A stretch of 64,000 nt of DNA. It comes from Planctomycetota bacterium. Its GTDB lineage: Bacteria; Planctomycetota; UBA1135; UBA2386. Shown here one piece after another: positions 19,704-30,819 of this stretch. Within the stretch, counting starts at the first letter, position 1. Every line of letters begins with the position of its first letter. A program made the position numbers and the translations under genes. The DNA is taken from assembly GCA_965228735.1 (NCBI GenBank), contig OZ245838.1:5408001-5472000 (forward strand), read 5' to 3'. The notes under the pieces were generated by a model. That model did no database searches, was not told where the DNA came from, and saw only the letters and a program-made list of their open reading frames with translations.

Positions 19704-20878
19704 GGTGCTTTGGTTGTGCTGACCGGGGCTCAGGCCCCGGCGGCTTCGCGACTCCCGGACCGCTGGTCGGTTGTTGGTGGGCAGGAGAGGAGCCCCCAAT
19801 CCTGCCGCCACGCCAATAGCTCCGCGACGGCCAGCCGTCGCGGGCAGAGTCCCAGCGCGACGGCCGGTGTGAGTCCTGAAGCGTCGTCCCTGTGCCGTCG
19901 CCGGTGCCAGTTGCGGTAGGCGACGAAGATCTCGAGCTGCAGACGGAGCATCCGAGCACTCTTGCTCACGAGCCAGGACCGACCATCCAGCCTGCCGTTG
20001 TGCTCGCGCAGCATGCGCTTGGTCAGTTGAACTGCGAAGAGTGGGTTGGGCGCTGTGCGCGGCAGCTTCGGGGCCGCCGCCTCGTGCCGGACCTGGGGCC
20101 CGAAACGACGCCTGCACTGACTCCCGTACGTCGGCTTCTTGTCGGTGATCAGAGTCGCGTGCTGGCCCCGAAGCAGGTGCTCGAGCCGCGCGAGAACGCG
20201 CCGAACACAGTCCTTGCCGCGGTCCACGCGCCGACCGTGTCGAGCCTCACGCCGCTCGAAGCGCCGGCGTTGCCGGCTGCCCTGCTCGGGGGTTCGCCGA
20301 ATCGGCGCCACGTCGCAGACGAGCATCAGCTTGCTCGCGTGCTCCACGGCGACCCCGACGGTCAAGCGCGAGGTGGGGTGCTGCTCGAACGTCTCGAGCT
20401 CGTCCATGACGATCGCGACTCCGGCGGGGATCTGCCTCAGCAAGTTGCGGTTCAGACAACGCATCTGGCGCCCGAGTTTCCGAAACTTGCGCTGCACGGC
20501 ACCCGAGCTCAGTTCCAGGATCTCACCGGCCTGGCGCAGTCCACACCCGCTCACGAGCAACATGAAGAGCCGCGCGTTCGTTTCGGGTCGTCGGTCGCGG
20601 TAGTCCATGCGAAACGTCTGGCGCGAGAAACTCCGCCTGCACCGTCGGCACGAGAAACGGGGAACCGGCTCAGGGCGACAGCGCGCCCGGTAGCTGCCGC
20701 GGCGTAGATAGAATCTGCCCTCGGGACGGCGGAACGCCACGCAAGCCCGGTTGGGACAGCGCGGCGGCACGAAGTCGTTCTGCGACACGGTCGATCTCCC
20801 CGAGGTCGCCAACCGACCCCGCAACCGTGTAGTGCGCCGCTTTCGCCAGTGGTTACATCGGTGCACAGTCAAGGCACC
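19704..20878 (-). mobile_element. Insertion sequence, IS1-like, about 1175 bp
   Basis: Imperfect inverted ends GGTGCTTTGGTTGTGC (19704) and GCACAGTCAAGGCACC (20878), each flanked by AGCT; encloses a transposase-like ORF. Confidence 0.75.
19730..20788 (-). CDS. IS1-like DDE transposase (Zn ribbon-HTH-catalytic domain)
   Basis: CPNRAC...CRRC zinc ribbon, GLRQAGEIL HTH, MDELETF and LITDKK acidic motifs, TPAVALGL; GTG start with GGGAGA RBS. Confidence 0.8.
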   Translation of the reverse strand: MSQNDFVPPRCPNRACVAFRRPEGRFYLRRGSYRARCRPEPVPRFSCRRCRRSFSRQTFRMDYRDRRPETNARLFMLLVSGCGLRQAGEILELSSGAVQRKFRKLGRQMRCLNRNLLRQIPAGVAIVMDELETFEQHPTSRLTVGVAVEHASKLMLVCDVAPIRRTPEQGSRQRRRFERREARHGRRVDRGKDCVRRVLARLEHLLRGQHATLITDKKPTYGSQCRRRFGPQVRHEAAAPKLPRTAPNPLFAVQLTKRMLREHNGRLDGRSWLVSKSARMLRLQLEIFVAYRNWHRRRHRDDASGLTPAVALGLCPRRLAVAELLAWRQDWGLLSCPPTTDQRSGSREAAGA

Positions 20879-20912
20879 AGCTGGCGGTGCACAGTCAAGG
20901 CACCAGCTGGCG
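20861..20912 (+). repeat. Perfect 26-bp tandem duplication of the IS end
   Basis: GTGCACAGTCAAGGCACCAGCTGGCG occurs twice (20861, 20887). Confidence 0.95.
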
Positions 20913-20964
20913 TGGAGCGCGCGCGGGCCGGGCGGTTCCGTCGGGGTCGCGCCGACCGCCTGGC

Positions 20965-21366
20965 CTACGCGTCGCGCTGCACGCGGTCGCCGACCCCGCC
21001 GGCGGGCGTTCGATACCCCGCCAGTGCTCGGCGCCCCTTTCTGGTGCCATGCAACTCGCTGCGGACGCCGTCGAGACCGGCGTGAATGCCGTGCTCGAGA
21101 CGCCCACGCGCGGCGACAGCGGCCTCGCGGAGCTGGCGTTCGTCGTCGTCGTCGGCCTCGGGCGGCTGCAGGCGTTCGAGGTGCTGGTCCACGATGGCCA
21201 GCAGGCCGGCGACCCGTTCGAGGTCGCCGCGCGTGAGGGCGTCGTAGCCCTGGTCCCAGCAGGCCGTCAGTTCCTGCAGGATGTGCGCGGTCGCGGACTG
21301 GGTCGTTGACCCCGCGGTCGACACTTTGGCTGGGCCGGCGTGCGGCTCAGTTGGGAGCGATGCCAT
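20965..21366 (-). CDS. Helical flagellar accessory protein (FliT/FlgN-like position)
   Basis: Directly after fliS; helical; C-terminal ALAGY. Assignment rests on gene position only. Confidence 0.55.
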   Translation of the reverse strand: MASLPTEPHAGPAKVSTAGSTTQSATAHILQELTACWDQGYDALTRGDLERVAGLLAIVDQHLERLQPPEADDDDERQLREAAVAARGRLEHGIHAGLDGVRSELHGTRKGRRALAGYRTPAGGVGDRVQRDA

Positions 21367-21727
21367 CCCAGCCTTCCTTGAGCGTGCGCATCACGCGCAG
21401 CGCGTTCTGGATCCCCTCCGGGGTGCGCTGCAGGTTGGCCTGGCTCAGCTGGTCGAGCGTGTATTCGTAGAGGCGATCGAGGTCGCGCGCGATGTCGCCG
21501 CCGGCCGCGTGATCGAGGCTGGCGCGGAGCTCGCCGACGATGCCGATCGCGCGGCTCATGTCTTCGCCGACGGCCGCGGAGTGGGCCTGGCCCTTGTCCT
21601 CGAGCGCGATGCGGCACTTCTCGAGGCTCTTGATCGCGCCGTCGTAGAGCATCACGACGAGCTTCTCGGGGGATGCGGTCATCACCGCGTTGCGTTGGTA
21701 CGTAGCGGCTGCTTGTGCGTAGGACAC
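21347..21727 (-). CDS. fliS: Flagellin export chaperone FliS
   Basis: TASPEKLVVMLYDGAI, ELRASLD, LYEY, LKEGW; GGAGAG RBS. Confidence 0.95.
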   Translation of the reverse strand: MSYAQAAATYQRNAVMTASPEKLVVMLYDGAIKSLEKCRIALEDKGQAHSAAVGEDMSRAIGIVGELRASLDHAAGGDIARDLDRLYEYTLDQLSQANLQRTPEGIQNALRVMRTLKEGWDGIAPN

Positions 21728-21801
21728 TGGGCTCTCTCCTTTGCCTGGGTGTTGCCCCGGGGGGGCGGTTGGGCAGCGGGCGCTGCCGGTTGGGTAGTTC
21801 G

Positions 21802-23163
21802 TTACTGCTGAATCTGGGGGATCGCCGAGAGCGAGCTGCCCTGGCCTTGGAGGCGTGCGAGCATGCTCTCGAGATTGGCGTAGCGCTTCTCCAGCTGCGT
21901 TTCGTAGAGCTCGAGGCGGCGCTCCGCCTGTTCGATGCGGTTGTTCGCGTCCCTGATCCGGGAGTCGAAGCCGTCGAGGCGCGCCTTGATCAGGCCGTCG
22001 ATCGAGTCCGTGTAGACCTTGATCTGGTCCTCGAGCAGCGCCGACAGGCCGTTCTCCGTATCGGTGAAGATCGCTGCGACCGCGGTCTCGTCCTCGGAAA
22101 GGGCCTCCTCGAGCTCCGTGCGGGTGAACGTGAGCTTGCCGTCGCGGTCGGACGAGATGCCGATCTGCGACAGCATCTGGAACGCCTCGTTGCCGGTGCC
22201 TGCGACGACGCCGCCGACGATGCCGCGCAGCGTGGAGCGCATCGATCGCAGGGTCGGGTCGCCGAAGAGATCGCTCTGGGCTTCGCCGTCCTCGCTGACG
22301 ACGCTCTGGGCCGCGAAGAAGTCGACGACTGCGTTGTAGGCCTCGACGAACTCCTCGACCTTGCCGCTGATCTCCTCGGCGTCGGTGCTGACCGACACGG
22401 TGACTTCGTCGGGGGTATTGACCGACTTGAGGTCGAGGGTCACGCCCGCGATTGCACCGCTGATGGAGTTCGTGGAGCGGTAGATGTCGACGCCGTTGAG
22501 CTTGATGTGCGCGTTCTCGGCGTCGGTCTGGTTGGTCGTGACCTCGTTGATCAGATCGGTGAACTGAGTGGCTCCGGTCAGCCCGCTGATCGAGAACGCG
22601 TTGTCCGTGCCGGTCTCCGTGGAGCGCAGGACGAGCTGATACGGATCCGTCGGCGATCCGGTGTCGACGACTTCGGCCCGCACCGTCGAGCCCTTGGCGT
22701 TGATCGCGTCGGCGATTCCCTGCATCGTCGGGTCGCTGACCGAGATGAGCAGCTGTTCACCGTCGATGTTGAGGATGAACTCGCCGTAGCCGCCGAGGCT
22801 CTCGGTCGCCGACGCCCTGCCGTTGCTGTGATTCAGCTGGGCTCGAGCGAGTTCCAGGACCTCGACGCGGTGACTGCCCGGCGCCGCCCCGCTGCTCGCG
22901 GAGGCCGTGAGCACGTCCTCGTCGTCCGAGCTGGCGGCCATCGCGAGGAACTGATTCGTCGTCTTGAGCTTCTTCGCGGCCGATGACAGCTTGTCGAGCA
23001 GGCCGTCGAGGTCGCCGAACAGCGACTTCTGCTTGCTGAGCGAATTCTTCTTGAGCTCGAGCTGGGTGATCGGGCGTTGTTCGATCGCCAGCAGGGCCGA
23101 GATGATCGCCTGCGTATCGAGGCCGGAGGCGAGGCCTCCGAATGAGATTCCAGCGCTGGACAT
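21802..23163 (-). CDS. fliD: Flagellar filament cap protein FliD
   Basis: GLASGLDTQAII, LARAQ, TNSISGAIAGVTLDL, FVEAYN, LSQIGI; C-terminal coiled coil. Confidence 0.95.
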   Translation of the reverse strand: MSSAGISFGGLASGLDTQAIISALLAIEQRPITQLELKKNSLSKQKSLFGDLDGLLDKLSSAAKKLKTTNQFLAMAASSDDEDVLTASASSGAAPGSHRVEVLELARAQLNHSNGRASATESLGGYGEFILNIDGEQLLISVSDPTMQGIADAINAKGSTVRAEVVDTGSPTDPYQLVLRSTETGTDNAFSISGLTGATQFTDLINEVTTNQTDAENAHIKLNGVDIYRSTNSISGAIAGVTLDLKSVNTPDEVTVSVSTDAEEISGKVEEFVEAYNAVVDFFAAQSVVSEDGEAQSDLFGDPTLRSMRSTLRGIVGGVVAGTGNEAFQMLSQIGISSDRDGKLTFTRTELEEALSEDETAVAAIFTDTENGLSALLEDQIKVYTDSIDGLIKARLDGFDSRIRDANNRIEQAERRLELYETQLEKRYANLESMLARLQGQGSSLSAIPQIQQ

Positions 23164-23176
23164 TGGACTGCTCGAA

Positions 23177-23204
23177 TTATCGGTGCGCGGGCCGCGCCAC
23201 TTGA
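23177..23204 (-). promoter_or_regulatory. Putative sigma28 promoter for fliD (TCAAG-N15-ACCGATAA)
   Basis: Near-consensus -10 box 14 nt upstream of the ATG. Confidence 0.65.
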
Positions 23205-23249
23205 CCTCCGTCCGGCGAGGTCGCGTCGCACGGGTGTCGCAGAATTCAA

Positions 23250-23283
23250 CATGCGGGCACAGCCCGAAGGCTGCGCCCGCATG
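23250..23283 (-). terminator. Hairpin terminator downstream of the first flagellin
   Basis: Minus strand CATGCGGGCGCAGCC-TTCG-GGCTGTGCCCGCATG: 15-bp stem, cUUCGg loop, followed by TTGAATT. Confidence 0.7.
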
Positions 23284-23360
23284 GGCCCTTTGCTGTAGTG
23301 GTTGGTGGCCTCAGCGCCGTGACATCAGCGTCGGGCGTCTGCGCTCCGCCGCCTGATCCA

Positions 23361-24188
23361 CTAGCCGATCAGCGCGAGCGCCGACTGCGGCAGCGCGTTG
23401 GACTGCGCGAGGACCGAGATGCTGGCCTGCTGCAGGATCGAGTTGCGCGTCAGCTGGGCGGTCTCGTACGCCACGTCGACGTCGCGGATCCGCGACTCGG
23501 CAGCGCTGAGGTTCTCGACCGTGATCGCGAGGTTGTTGATCGTGCTGCCGAGGCGGTTCTGGGCCGCACCCAGCGAGCCGCGCAGCGAGCTGATCGTGTT
23601 GATCGCCGTGTCGATGTTGGTGATCGCCGTCGTCGTCGCGCCGCCGGAGCCGATGTCGAGCGACTGCAGCGACAGGCTCGTGCTCAGCGCGGCACTCAGC
23701 GATACGGCGATGGTGTCGATCCCGTCCGTGGTGCCGAAGCCGACCTGGAACGACACCGAGCTCGACGAGCCGTCGAGCAGCTTGATGCCCGAGAACTCGG
23801 TCGAGCGGCCGATGCGGTTGACCTCGTTGACGAGGCTCTGGAACTCCTCGTCCAGGGTTTCCTTGTCCTGGTTGCTGACCGAGCCGTTGCTCGACTGCAC
23901 CGCGAGCTCGCGCAGGCGCGTCAGGATCGAGCTGACTTCGTTCAGCGCGCCCTCGGCGGTCTGCACCAGCGAGATGCCGTCGTTGGCGTTGCGCTTGGCT
24001 TGATCGAGCGACCGGATCTGCGAGCGCAGACGCTCGGAGATCGCGAGGCCGGCGGCGTCGTCCGCGGCGGTCGAGATGCGAAGACCCGTCGAGAGCCGGC
24101 GGAAGTTGCCCGACAGCTTCTCGTTGACGGTTGAAAGATTGCGCTGCGCATTGATCGACGCGGCGTTCGTGTTGACCCGAAGTCCCAT
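23361..24188 (-). CDS. fliC: Flagellin, 275 aa (copy 1)
   Basis: [42 protein letters not shown]. Confidence 0.97.
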   Translation of the reverse strand: MGLRVNTNAASINAQRNLSTVNEKLSGNFRRLSTGLRISTAADDAAGLAISERLRSQIRSLDQAKRNANDGISLVQTAEGALNEVSSILTRLRELAVQSSNGSVSNQDKETLDEEFQSLVNEVNRIGRSTEFSGIKLLDGSSSSVSFQVGFGTTDGIDTIAVSLSAALSTSLSLQSLDIGSGGATTTAITNIDTAINTISSLRGSLGAAQNRLGSTINNLAITVENLSAAESRIRDVDVAYETAQLTRNSILQQASISVLAQSNALPQSALALIG

Positions 24189-24548
24189 TCCTCTCCCCTG
24201 TTGTGTGGCTTGCTGGTGTGCGCGGCGGTTGTTCCTGGGCGCGTGATGAGAATCGGCACACGAACCCCCGATCACTGAAGCCGAACGCGGGGTTTTTGGA
24301 CGCAGTGTCGTGAATGTCGGCGGTCGACGCGGTGGCACGGGGGAATCCTGACGTGCCATCCCTGGTGGCCGGCCGCGGATCTTGCGCGCGAACTTGCCCC
24401 CGTTCACCCGTTCGCGGTCACCCAGGCAGGTGCCGAGCCTCGGGTTGCGCGCTCACCGCGTGACTTTGCGCGTTGCGAGCGGGACGCGGTTGCGCCTGCC
24501 GATCGGGTGTCGACAATCCTCATCGTGTTCCGAGAACCGAAGTCGCTC

Positions 24549-26249
24549 GTGCGGGCTGTGCTCGCGTCCTTGATCTGCATCGCGCTGGCCGGCGTCGCGC
24601 TTGCCCAGAAGCCCGCGGACCTCGTGCTTCGCGGCGGTCGGATCGTGACGGTCGACGACCGGCTCGGGACGGTCAGTGCCCTCGCTGCGCGTGGGGGGCG
24701 TATTCTCGCGGTCGGCTCGGACGAGGAGATCGGGCGCCTCATCGGGCCGCAGACGCGGGTGATCGACCTCGGCGGCAAGACGGCGGTCCCGGGCTTCATC
24801 GAGGGCCATGCCCATTTCACCGGCATGGGCGACGCCATGCAGATCCTCGACCTGAGCAAGGTCGACAATTGGGACGAGGTCGTCGACATGGTCGCGGACG
24901 CCGTGAAGCAGGCGGCACCGGGCGAGTGGATCCGGGGGCGCGGCTGGCATCAGGAGAAGTGGAGCAAGCGACCGGCCGGCAACGTCAAGGGCTTCCCGAC
25001 GCACGAGTCCATGAGCGCGGTGACGCCCGACAACCCGGTCGCGCTGACGCACGCGAGCGGGCACGCCGCGTTCTTCAACGCCAAGGCCATGGAGATCGCC
25101 GGGGTGACGGATGCGACCAAGGACCCGGATGGCGGCGAGATCCTCAAGAACGAGAAGGGTGAGCCCATCGGTGTCTTCTCGGAGACCGCGTCCTACCTGG
25201 TGTCGCGGCATCAGCGCGGGCGCCAGCTGCGACAGACGCCGGCGCAGCGGCGGGCTGCCGTGCGCACCCGCATCGAGTTGGCGGTTGCCGAGTGCCTGCG
25301 CAAGGGCGTCACGAGTTTTCAGGATGCCGGCAGCAGCTTCGCCGAGGTCGATCTGTTTCGCGAGATGGCGGAGGCCGGAGAGCTCGGCGTGCGACTCTGG
25401 GTCATGATCCGCACATCCAATCAGCAGCTCGAACGCCGGCTGTCCGACTACCGCATGGTCGGGGTCGGCGACGGCTTTCTGACCGTGCGGGCCCTGAAGC
25501 GGAGCATCGATGGCGCGCTCGGTTCGCGTGGCGCGTGGCTGCTCGAGCCGTACTCCGACGCGCCGCAGAGCGCCGGGCTCGAGACTGCATCGGTCGCGAG
25601 CGTCGCGCGAATGGCCGAGCTCGGTCTGGCGCACGATTTCCAGGTCTGCGTGCACGCGATCGGGGATCGCGCCAACCGGGAGGTGCTCGACATCTACGAG
25701 TCGGTCTGGGGCGACGCGGCCCGCGGGCGCGACCTGCGGTGGCGGATCGAGCACGCGCAGCACCTGCATCCCGACGACGTGCCGCGGTTCGGGAAGCTCG
25801 GGGTGATCGCCTCGATGCAGGGCGTGCACTGCACCTCGGACGCGCCCTACGTCATTCCTCGCCTGGGCGAAGAGCGCGCCGAGAACGGCGCCTATGTCTG
25901 GCAGGACCTCATCCGGTCTGGTGCCGTCGTGACGAACGGCACCGACGCACCCGTCGAGGACGTCGATCCGATCGCCTCGTTCCACGCGTCGGTGACGCGT
26001 CAGACCAGGAGCGGTGCGCGATTCTATCCCGAGCAGTCGATGAGCCGGATGCAGGCGCTGCGGTCGTACACGCTGGATTGCGCCTACGCCGCGTTCGAGG
26101 ACGACGTGAAGGGCTCGCTGACGCCCGGCAAGTACGCGGACATCGTCGTGCTGTCGCAGGACATCCTGACCGTGCCCGAGGACCAGATCCTGGATACGAC
26201 CGTGGTCCACACGATCGTCGGCGGCAAGGTCGTGTTCTCCGACGAGTGA
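24549..26249 (+). CDS. Amidohydrolase family 3 (YtcJ-like), secreted
   Basis: Signal peptide; PGFIEGHAH, DGALGSRGA, HAIGDRAN, RIEHAQ, GTDAPVE; start approximate. Confidence 0.9.
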   Translation: MRAVLASLICIALAGVALAQKPADLVLRGGRIVTVDDRLGTVSALAARGGRILAVGSDEEIGRLIGPQTRVIDLGGKTAVPGFIEGHAHFTGMGDAMQILDLSKVDNWDEVVDMVADAVKQAAPGEWIRGRGWHQEKWSKRPAGNVKGFPTHESMSAVTPDNPVALTHASGHAAFFNAKAMEIAGVTDATKDPDGGEILKNEKGEPIGVFSETASYLVSRHQRGRQLRQTPAQRRAAVRTRIELAVAECLRKGVTSFQDAGSSFAEVDLFREMAEAGELGVRLWVMIRTSNQQLERRLSDYRMVGVGDGFLTVRALKRSIDGALGSRGAWLLEPYSDAPQSAGLETASVASVARMAELGLAHDFQVCVHAIGDRANREVLDIYESVWGDAARGRDLRWRIEHAQHLHPDDVPRFGKLGVIASMQGVHCTSDAPYVIPRLGEERAENGAYVWQDLIRSGAVVTNGTDAPVEDVDPIASFHASVTRQTRSGARFYPEQSMSRMQALRSYTLDCAYAAFEDDVKGSLTPGKYADIVVLSQDILTVPEDQILDTTVVHTIVGGKVVFSDE

Positions 26250-26471
26250 TCGTCGTGCCCCGGTCGTCATGCCCCGGCCGTTGTGCGTCGGCCGTCGTGC
26301 CCCGTTCGTCGAGCCCGGTCGAGGAGACTGCGCCGAACGAGAACGGCGGCGACGCGCCTTCGTGAGGAGCGCCGCCGCCGTCATGATCCGCCGTTTGGCC
26401 AGATGGCTGCGTGGGTCGGATCACGCCGCCGCTCGAACGCGAGTGGCGGGTGACCCGATCATGTCGCGGCC

Positions 26472-27299
26472 TTAGCCGAGCAGCTGCAGCGCACTCTGCG
26501 GCTGGGCGTTGGCCTGACCCAGGATCGAGATCGCGGCCTGCTGCAGGATGTTGTTGCGGGTCAGCTCCGCCGTCTCGCGCGCCACGTCGACGTCGCGGAT
26601 CCGCGACTCGGCAGCGCTGAGGTTCTCGGTCTGGATCGCGAGGTTGTTGATCGTGCTGCCGAGGCGGTTCTGGATCGCGCCGAGCGAGCCGCGCAGGCCG
26701 CTGATCGTGTTGATCGCCGAGTCGATGCTCGTGATGGCGGTCGTGGTCGCGCCACCCGACCCGATGTCGAGTGACTGGAGCGACAACGACGTGCTGAGCG
26801 CCGCGCTGAGCGTGACCGAGAGCGTGTCGATGTCCGTCGTCGTGCCGAGGCCGACCTGGAAGGTGACGGAGCTCGACGACCCATCCAGCAGCTTGATGCC
26901 GTTGAACTCGGTCGAGCGGCCGATGCGGTTGACCTCGTTGACGAGGCTCTGGAACTCCTCATCCAGCGTGTTCTTGTCCTGGTTGCTGACCGAGCCGTTG
27001 CTCGACTGAATGGCCAGCTCGCGCAGCCGAATGAGGATCGAGCTGACTTCGTTGAGCGCGCCTTCCGCGGTTTGAACGAGCGAGACGCCATCGTTCGCGT
27101 TGCGCTTGCCCTGCTCGAGCGAGCGGACCTGGGAGCGCAGGCGCTCCGAGATCGCGAGGCCGGCGGCGTCATCCGCAGCCGTGGAGATACGCAGGCCCGT
27201 CGACAGACGACGGTAGCTCGTGCCGAGGCGCGAGGAGACCGAGGACAGGTTCCGCTGCGCGTTGATGGAAGCGACGTTGGTGTTGACTCTGAGACCCAT
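26472..27299 (-). CDS. fliC: Flagellin, 275 aa (copy 2)
   Basis: Same conserved flagellin N- and C-terminal motifs. Confidence 0.97.
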   Translation of the reverse strand: MGLRVNTNVASINAQRNLSSVSSRLGTSYRRLSTGLRISTAADDAAGLAISERLRSQVRSLEQGKRNANDGVSLVQTAEGALNEVSSILIRLRELAIQSSNGSVSNQDKNTLDEEFQSLVNEVNRIGRSTEFNGIKLLDGSSSSVTFQVGLGTTTDIDTLSVTLSAALSTSLSLQSLDIGSGGATTTAITSIDSAINTISGLRGSLGAIQNRLGSTINNLAIQTENLSAAESRIRDVDVARETAELTRNNILQQAAISILGQANAQPQSALQLLG

Positions 27300-27354
27300 G
27301 ATTCCCTGGTGCTGGTTGCTGAGACTCGGCGGACCGAGTGATGTGACGCTGGCA

Positions 27355-27381
27355 TCCTCGGTCGGATTGGTGACGTCTTGA
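27355..27381 (-). promoter_or_regulatory. Putative sigma28 promoter for flagellin copy 2 (TCAAG-N14-ACCGAGGA)
   Basis: Motif and spacing shared with the copy 3 and motA leaders. Confidence 0.6.
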
Positions 27382-27447
27382 GCGGTCGGGAGCTCGCCCG
27401 AGCCGAAACCGCCGAATTCCTCGTCGCTCGTCGCGATGGTCGGCAGG

Positions 27448-27463
27448 GCGATCGCGGTGCCAA
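27448..27463 (-). promoter_or_regulatory. Possible sigma54 -24/-12 promoter upstream of flagellin copy 2
   Basis: TTGGCACCGCGATCGC has GG-N10-GC spacing with TGGCAC; the -12 box is imperfect. Confidence 0.4.
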
Positions 27464-27534
27464 GGCAGGTGCCGCTTCTGCACCGCTCCACATTTTCTTT
27501 CTGCGCCGAGTGTTGCGAGTTCCGACACGAAGCT

Positions 27535-27585
27535 GGTGCTTTGGTTGTGCAGGCCGCTTCGGCCGCCATGCACACTCGAGGCACC
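27535..27585. mobile_element. 51-bp MITE-like element made of two inverted IS ends
   Basis: AGCT-GGTGCTTTGGTTGTGCA (20 nt identical to 19700-19719), a short GC hairpin, then TGCACACTCGAGGCACC-AG. Confidence 0.75.
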
Positions 27586-27716
27586 AGAATGGGGGGCAGC
27601 GGCGCCGTCCGTCCGGTCCGACCGGAAACGAAACGAGCGGCGACCCGGCCTGGCCGGATCGCCGCTCGTGACGAGTGTGGGGGGTGTGGCGGTGGGGCCG
27701 CCTATGGCGGGGTGGC

Positions 27717-28544
27717 TTACCCGAGCAGCTGCAGGGCGGCCTGCGGTTGCTGGTTGGCCTGGGCCAGGATCGAGATGCTGGCCTGCTGCATGATGTTGTT
27801 GCGGGTCAGCTGTGCGGTTTCGCGGGCGACGTCGACGTCGCGGATCCGGGATTCGGCCGCGCTGAGGTTCTCGACCTGCACTGCGAGGTTGTTGATCGTG
27901 CTGCCGAGGCGGTTCTGGATGGCGCCCAGAGAGCCGCGCAGCGAGCTGACGGTGTTGATCGCCGCGTCGATGTTGGTGATCGCCGTGGTCGTCACGCCGC
28001 CCGAGCCGATATCGAGCGATTGCAGCGCCAGCGAGGTGCTGAGCGCGGCTTCGAGCGAGACCGCCAGGGTGTCGATGTTGCTCGTCGTGCCGAGCCCCAC
28101 CTGGAACGTGACGGAGCTCGAGGAGCCGTCCAGGAGCTTGACACCGTTGAACTCGGTCGAGCGGCCGATGCGGTTGACCTCGTTGATGAGGCTCTGGAAC
28201 TCCTCGTCCAGCGTGTTCTTGTCCTGGTTGCTGACCGAGCCGTTGCTCGACTGGATGGCCAGTTCGCGCAGCCGGATCAGGATCGAGCTGACCTCGTTGA
28301 GTGCGCCTTCGGCCGTCTGCACGAGCGAGATGCCGTCATTGGCGTTGCGCTTGCTCTGCTCGAGCGAGCGGACCTGGGAGCGCAGTCGCTCGGAGATGGC
28401 GAGGCCCGCCGCGTCGTCGGCTGCGGTCGAGATGCGCAGGCCGGTCGAGAGCCGGCGGAAATTCGTTCCGAGGCGCCCGGAGACCGTTGCGAGGTTCCGC
28501 TGCGCGTTGATGGAAGCGACGTTGGTGTTGACTCTGAGACCCAT
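27717..28544 (-). CDS. fliC: Flagellin, 275 aa (copy 3)
   Basis: Same conserved flagellin motifs; AAGGAGG upstream. Confidence 0.97.
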   Translation of the reverse strand: MGLRVNTNVASINAQRNLATVSGRLGTNFRRLSTGLRISTAADDAAGLAISERLRSQVRSLEQSKRNANDGISLVQTAEGALNEVSSILIRLRELAIQSSNGSVSNQDKNTLDEEFQSLINEVNRIGRSTEFNGVKLLDGSSSSVTFQVGLGTTSNIDTLAVSLEAALSTSLALQSLDIGSGGVTTTAITNIDAAINTVSSLRGSLGAIQNRLGSTINNLAVQVENLSAAESRIRDVDVARETAQLTRNNIMQQASISILAQANQQPQAALQLLG

Positions 28545-28597
28545 GATTCCCCGTTGATCCTCCTTGCTTGCCCTCGTTCTGGGGCGTGCTGGTTCAT

Positions 28598-28624
28598 GTT
28601 CCGGCGCGGGCCGTCGCGCCTTGA
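28598..28624 (-). promoter_or_regulatory. Putative sigma28 promoter for flagellin copy 3 (TCAAG-N14-GCCGGAAC)
   Basis: TCAAG-N14-GCCG architecture. Confidence 0.6.
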
Positions 28625-28762
28625 GTCGGTCCATAGCCGGGAATCGGAAAAGTGGCCAAAAGGTCGACGGGTCGATTGCCGAAAAGGCCCATGGCAACGC
28701 GCCTCACCGTCGGTTTGCGAAACAGCGGCCGACTGCGGCGATTCGAGACACAAGGTCGGCAC

Positions 28763-30180
<1,418 letters not shown>

Positions 30181-30184
<4 letters not shown>

Positions 30185-30819
30185 CCACCGTCGCGAGCCG
30201 CGATCTTCCCGGGGTGCTGGGGCACGAGCTCCGCAACCCGCTCGCGTCGGCGGTGACGACGCTGGCCCTGCTCGGTGAGCTCGTCGATGCCGGCGACCCG
30301 CGCCGCGCCATGGTCGACCGGGCGCTCGTCGACCTCGATCGCATGACGAACCTGATCGACGGCTGGCTCGAGCTCTCGCGTTCTGGCCGGGCGTCGACTG
30401 CGCCCGTCGCGGTCGACGAACTGCTGCTATCGGTTGCCGACCGACACGGTGCGGAGATCGTCTCCACCCGGGTCGGAGTGACGATCGACGGCAATCGTGA
30501 GCTGCTCGCGCGGGCGCTCGACAACCTGCTCGAGAACGCGCGGCGCGCCGGGGCCCGCAAGCTGCGGCTCGCGGCTCAGACGTTGCGCAACGAGGTCTCG
30601 ATCTACGTCGAGGACGACGGCTCGGGGATCGACAGCGCGGATATCCCGCATTTGTTCGAGGCCGGATGGTCGCGCAGTGGCGGCAACGGCCTCGGCCTGC
30701 ATGCCGTCGCCGCGACGATCGAAGGGCACGGCGGGCGCATCGAGTGCACGCGATTGCGGCACGGCACGCGCTTCACGCTGCGGCTGCCGGCGAACTGCCA
30801 CGAAGCATCGATGGCATGA
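30181..30819 (+). CDS. Minimal sensorless histidine kinase (HisKA plus HATPase)
   Basis: GHELRNPL, DNLLENA, EDDGSGI, GNGLGL; GTGA overlap. Confidence 0.88.

Noticed and set aside
24332..24359. Back-to-back TGGCACG inverted repeat as divergent sigma54 promoters
   Set aside because: Neither strand has GC at the -12 position. It may be an operator or hairpin, but that is unsupported.
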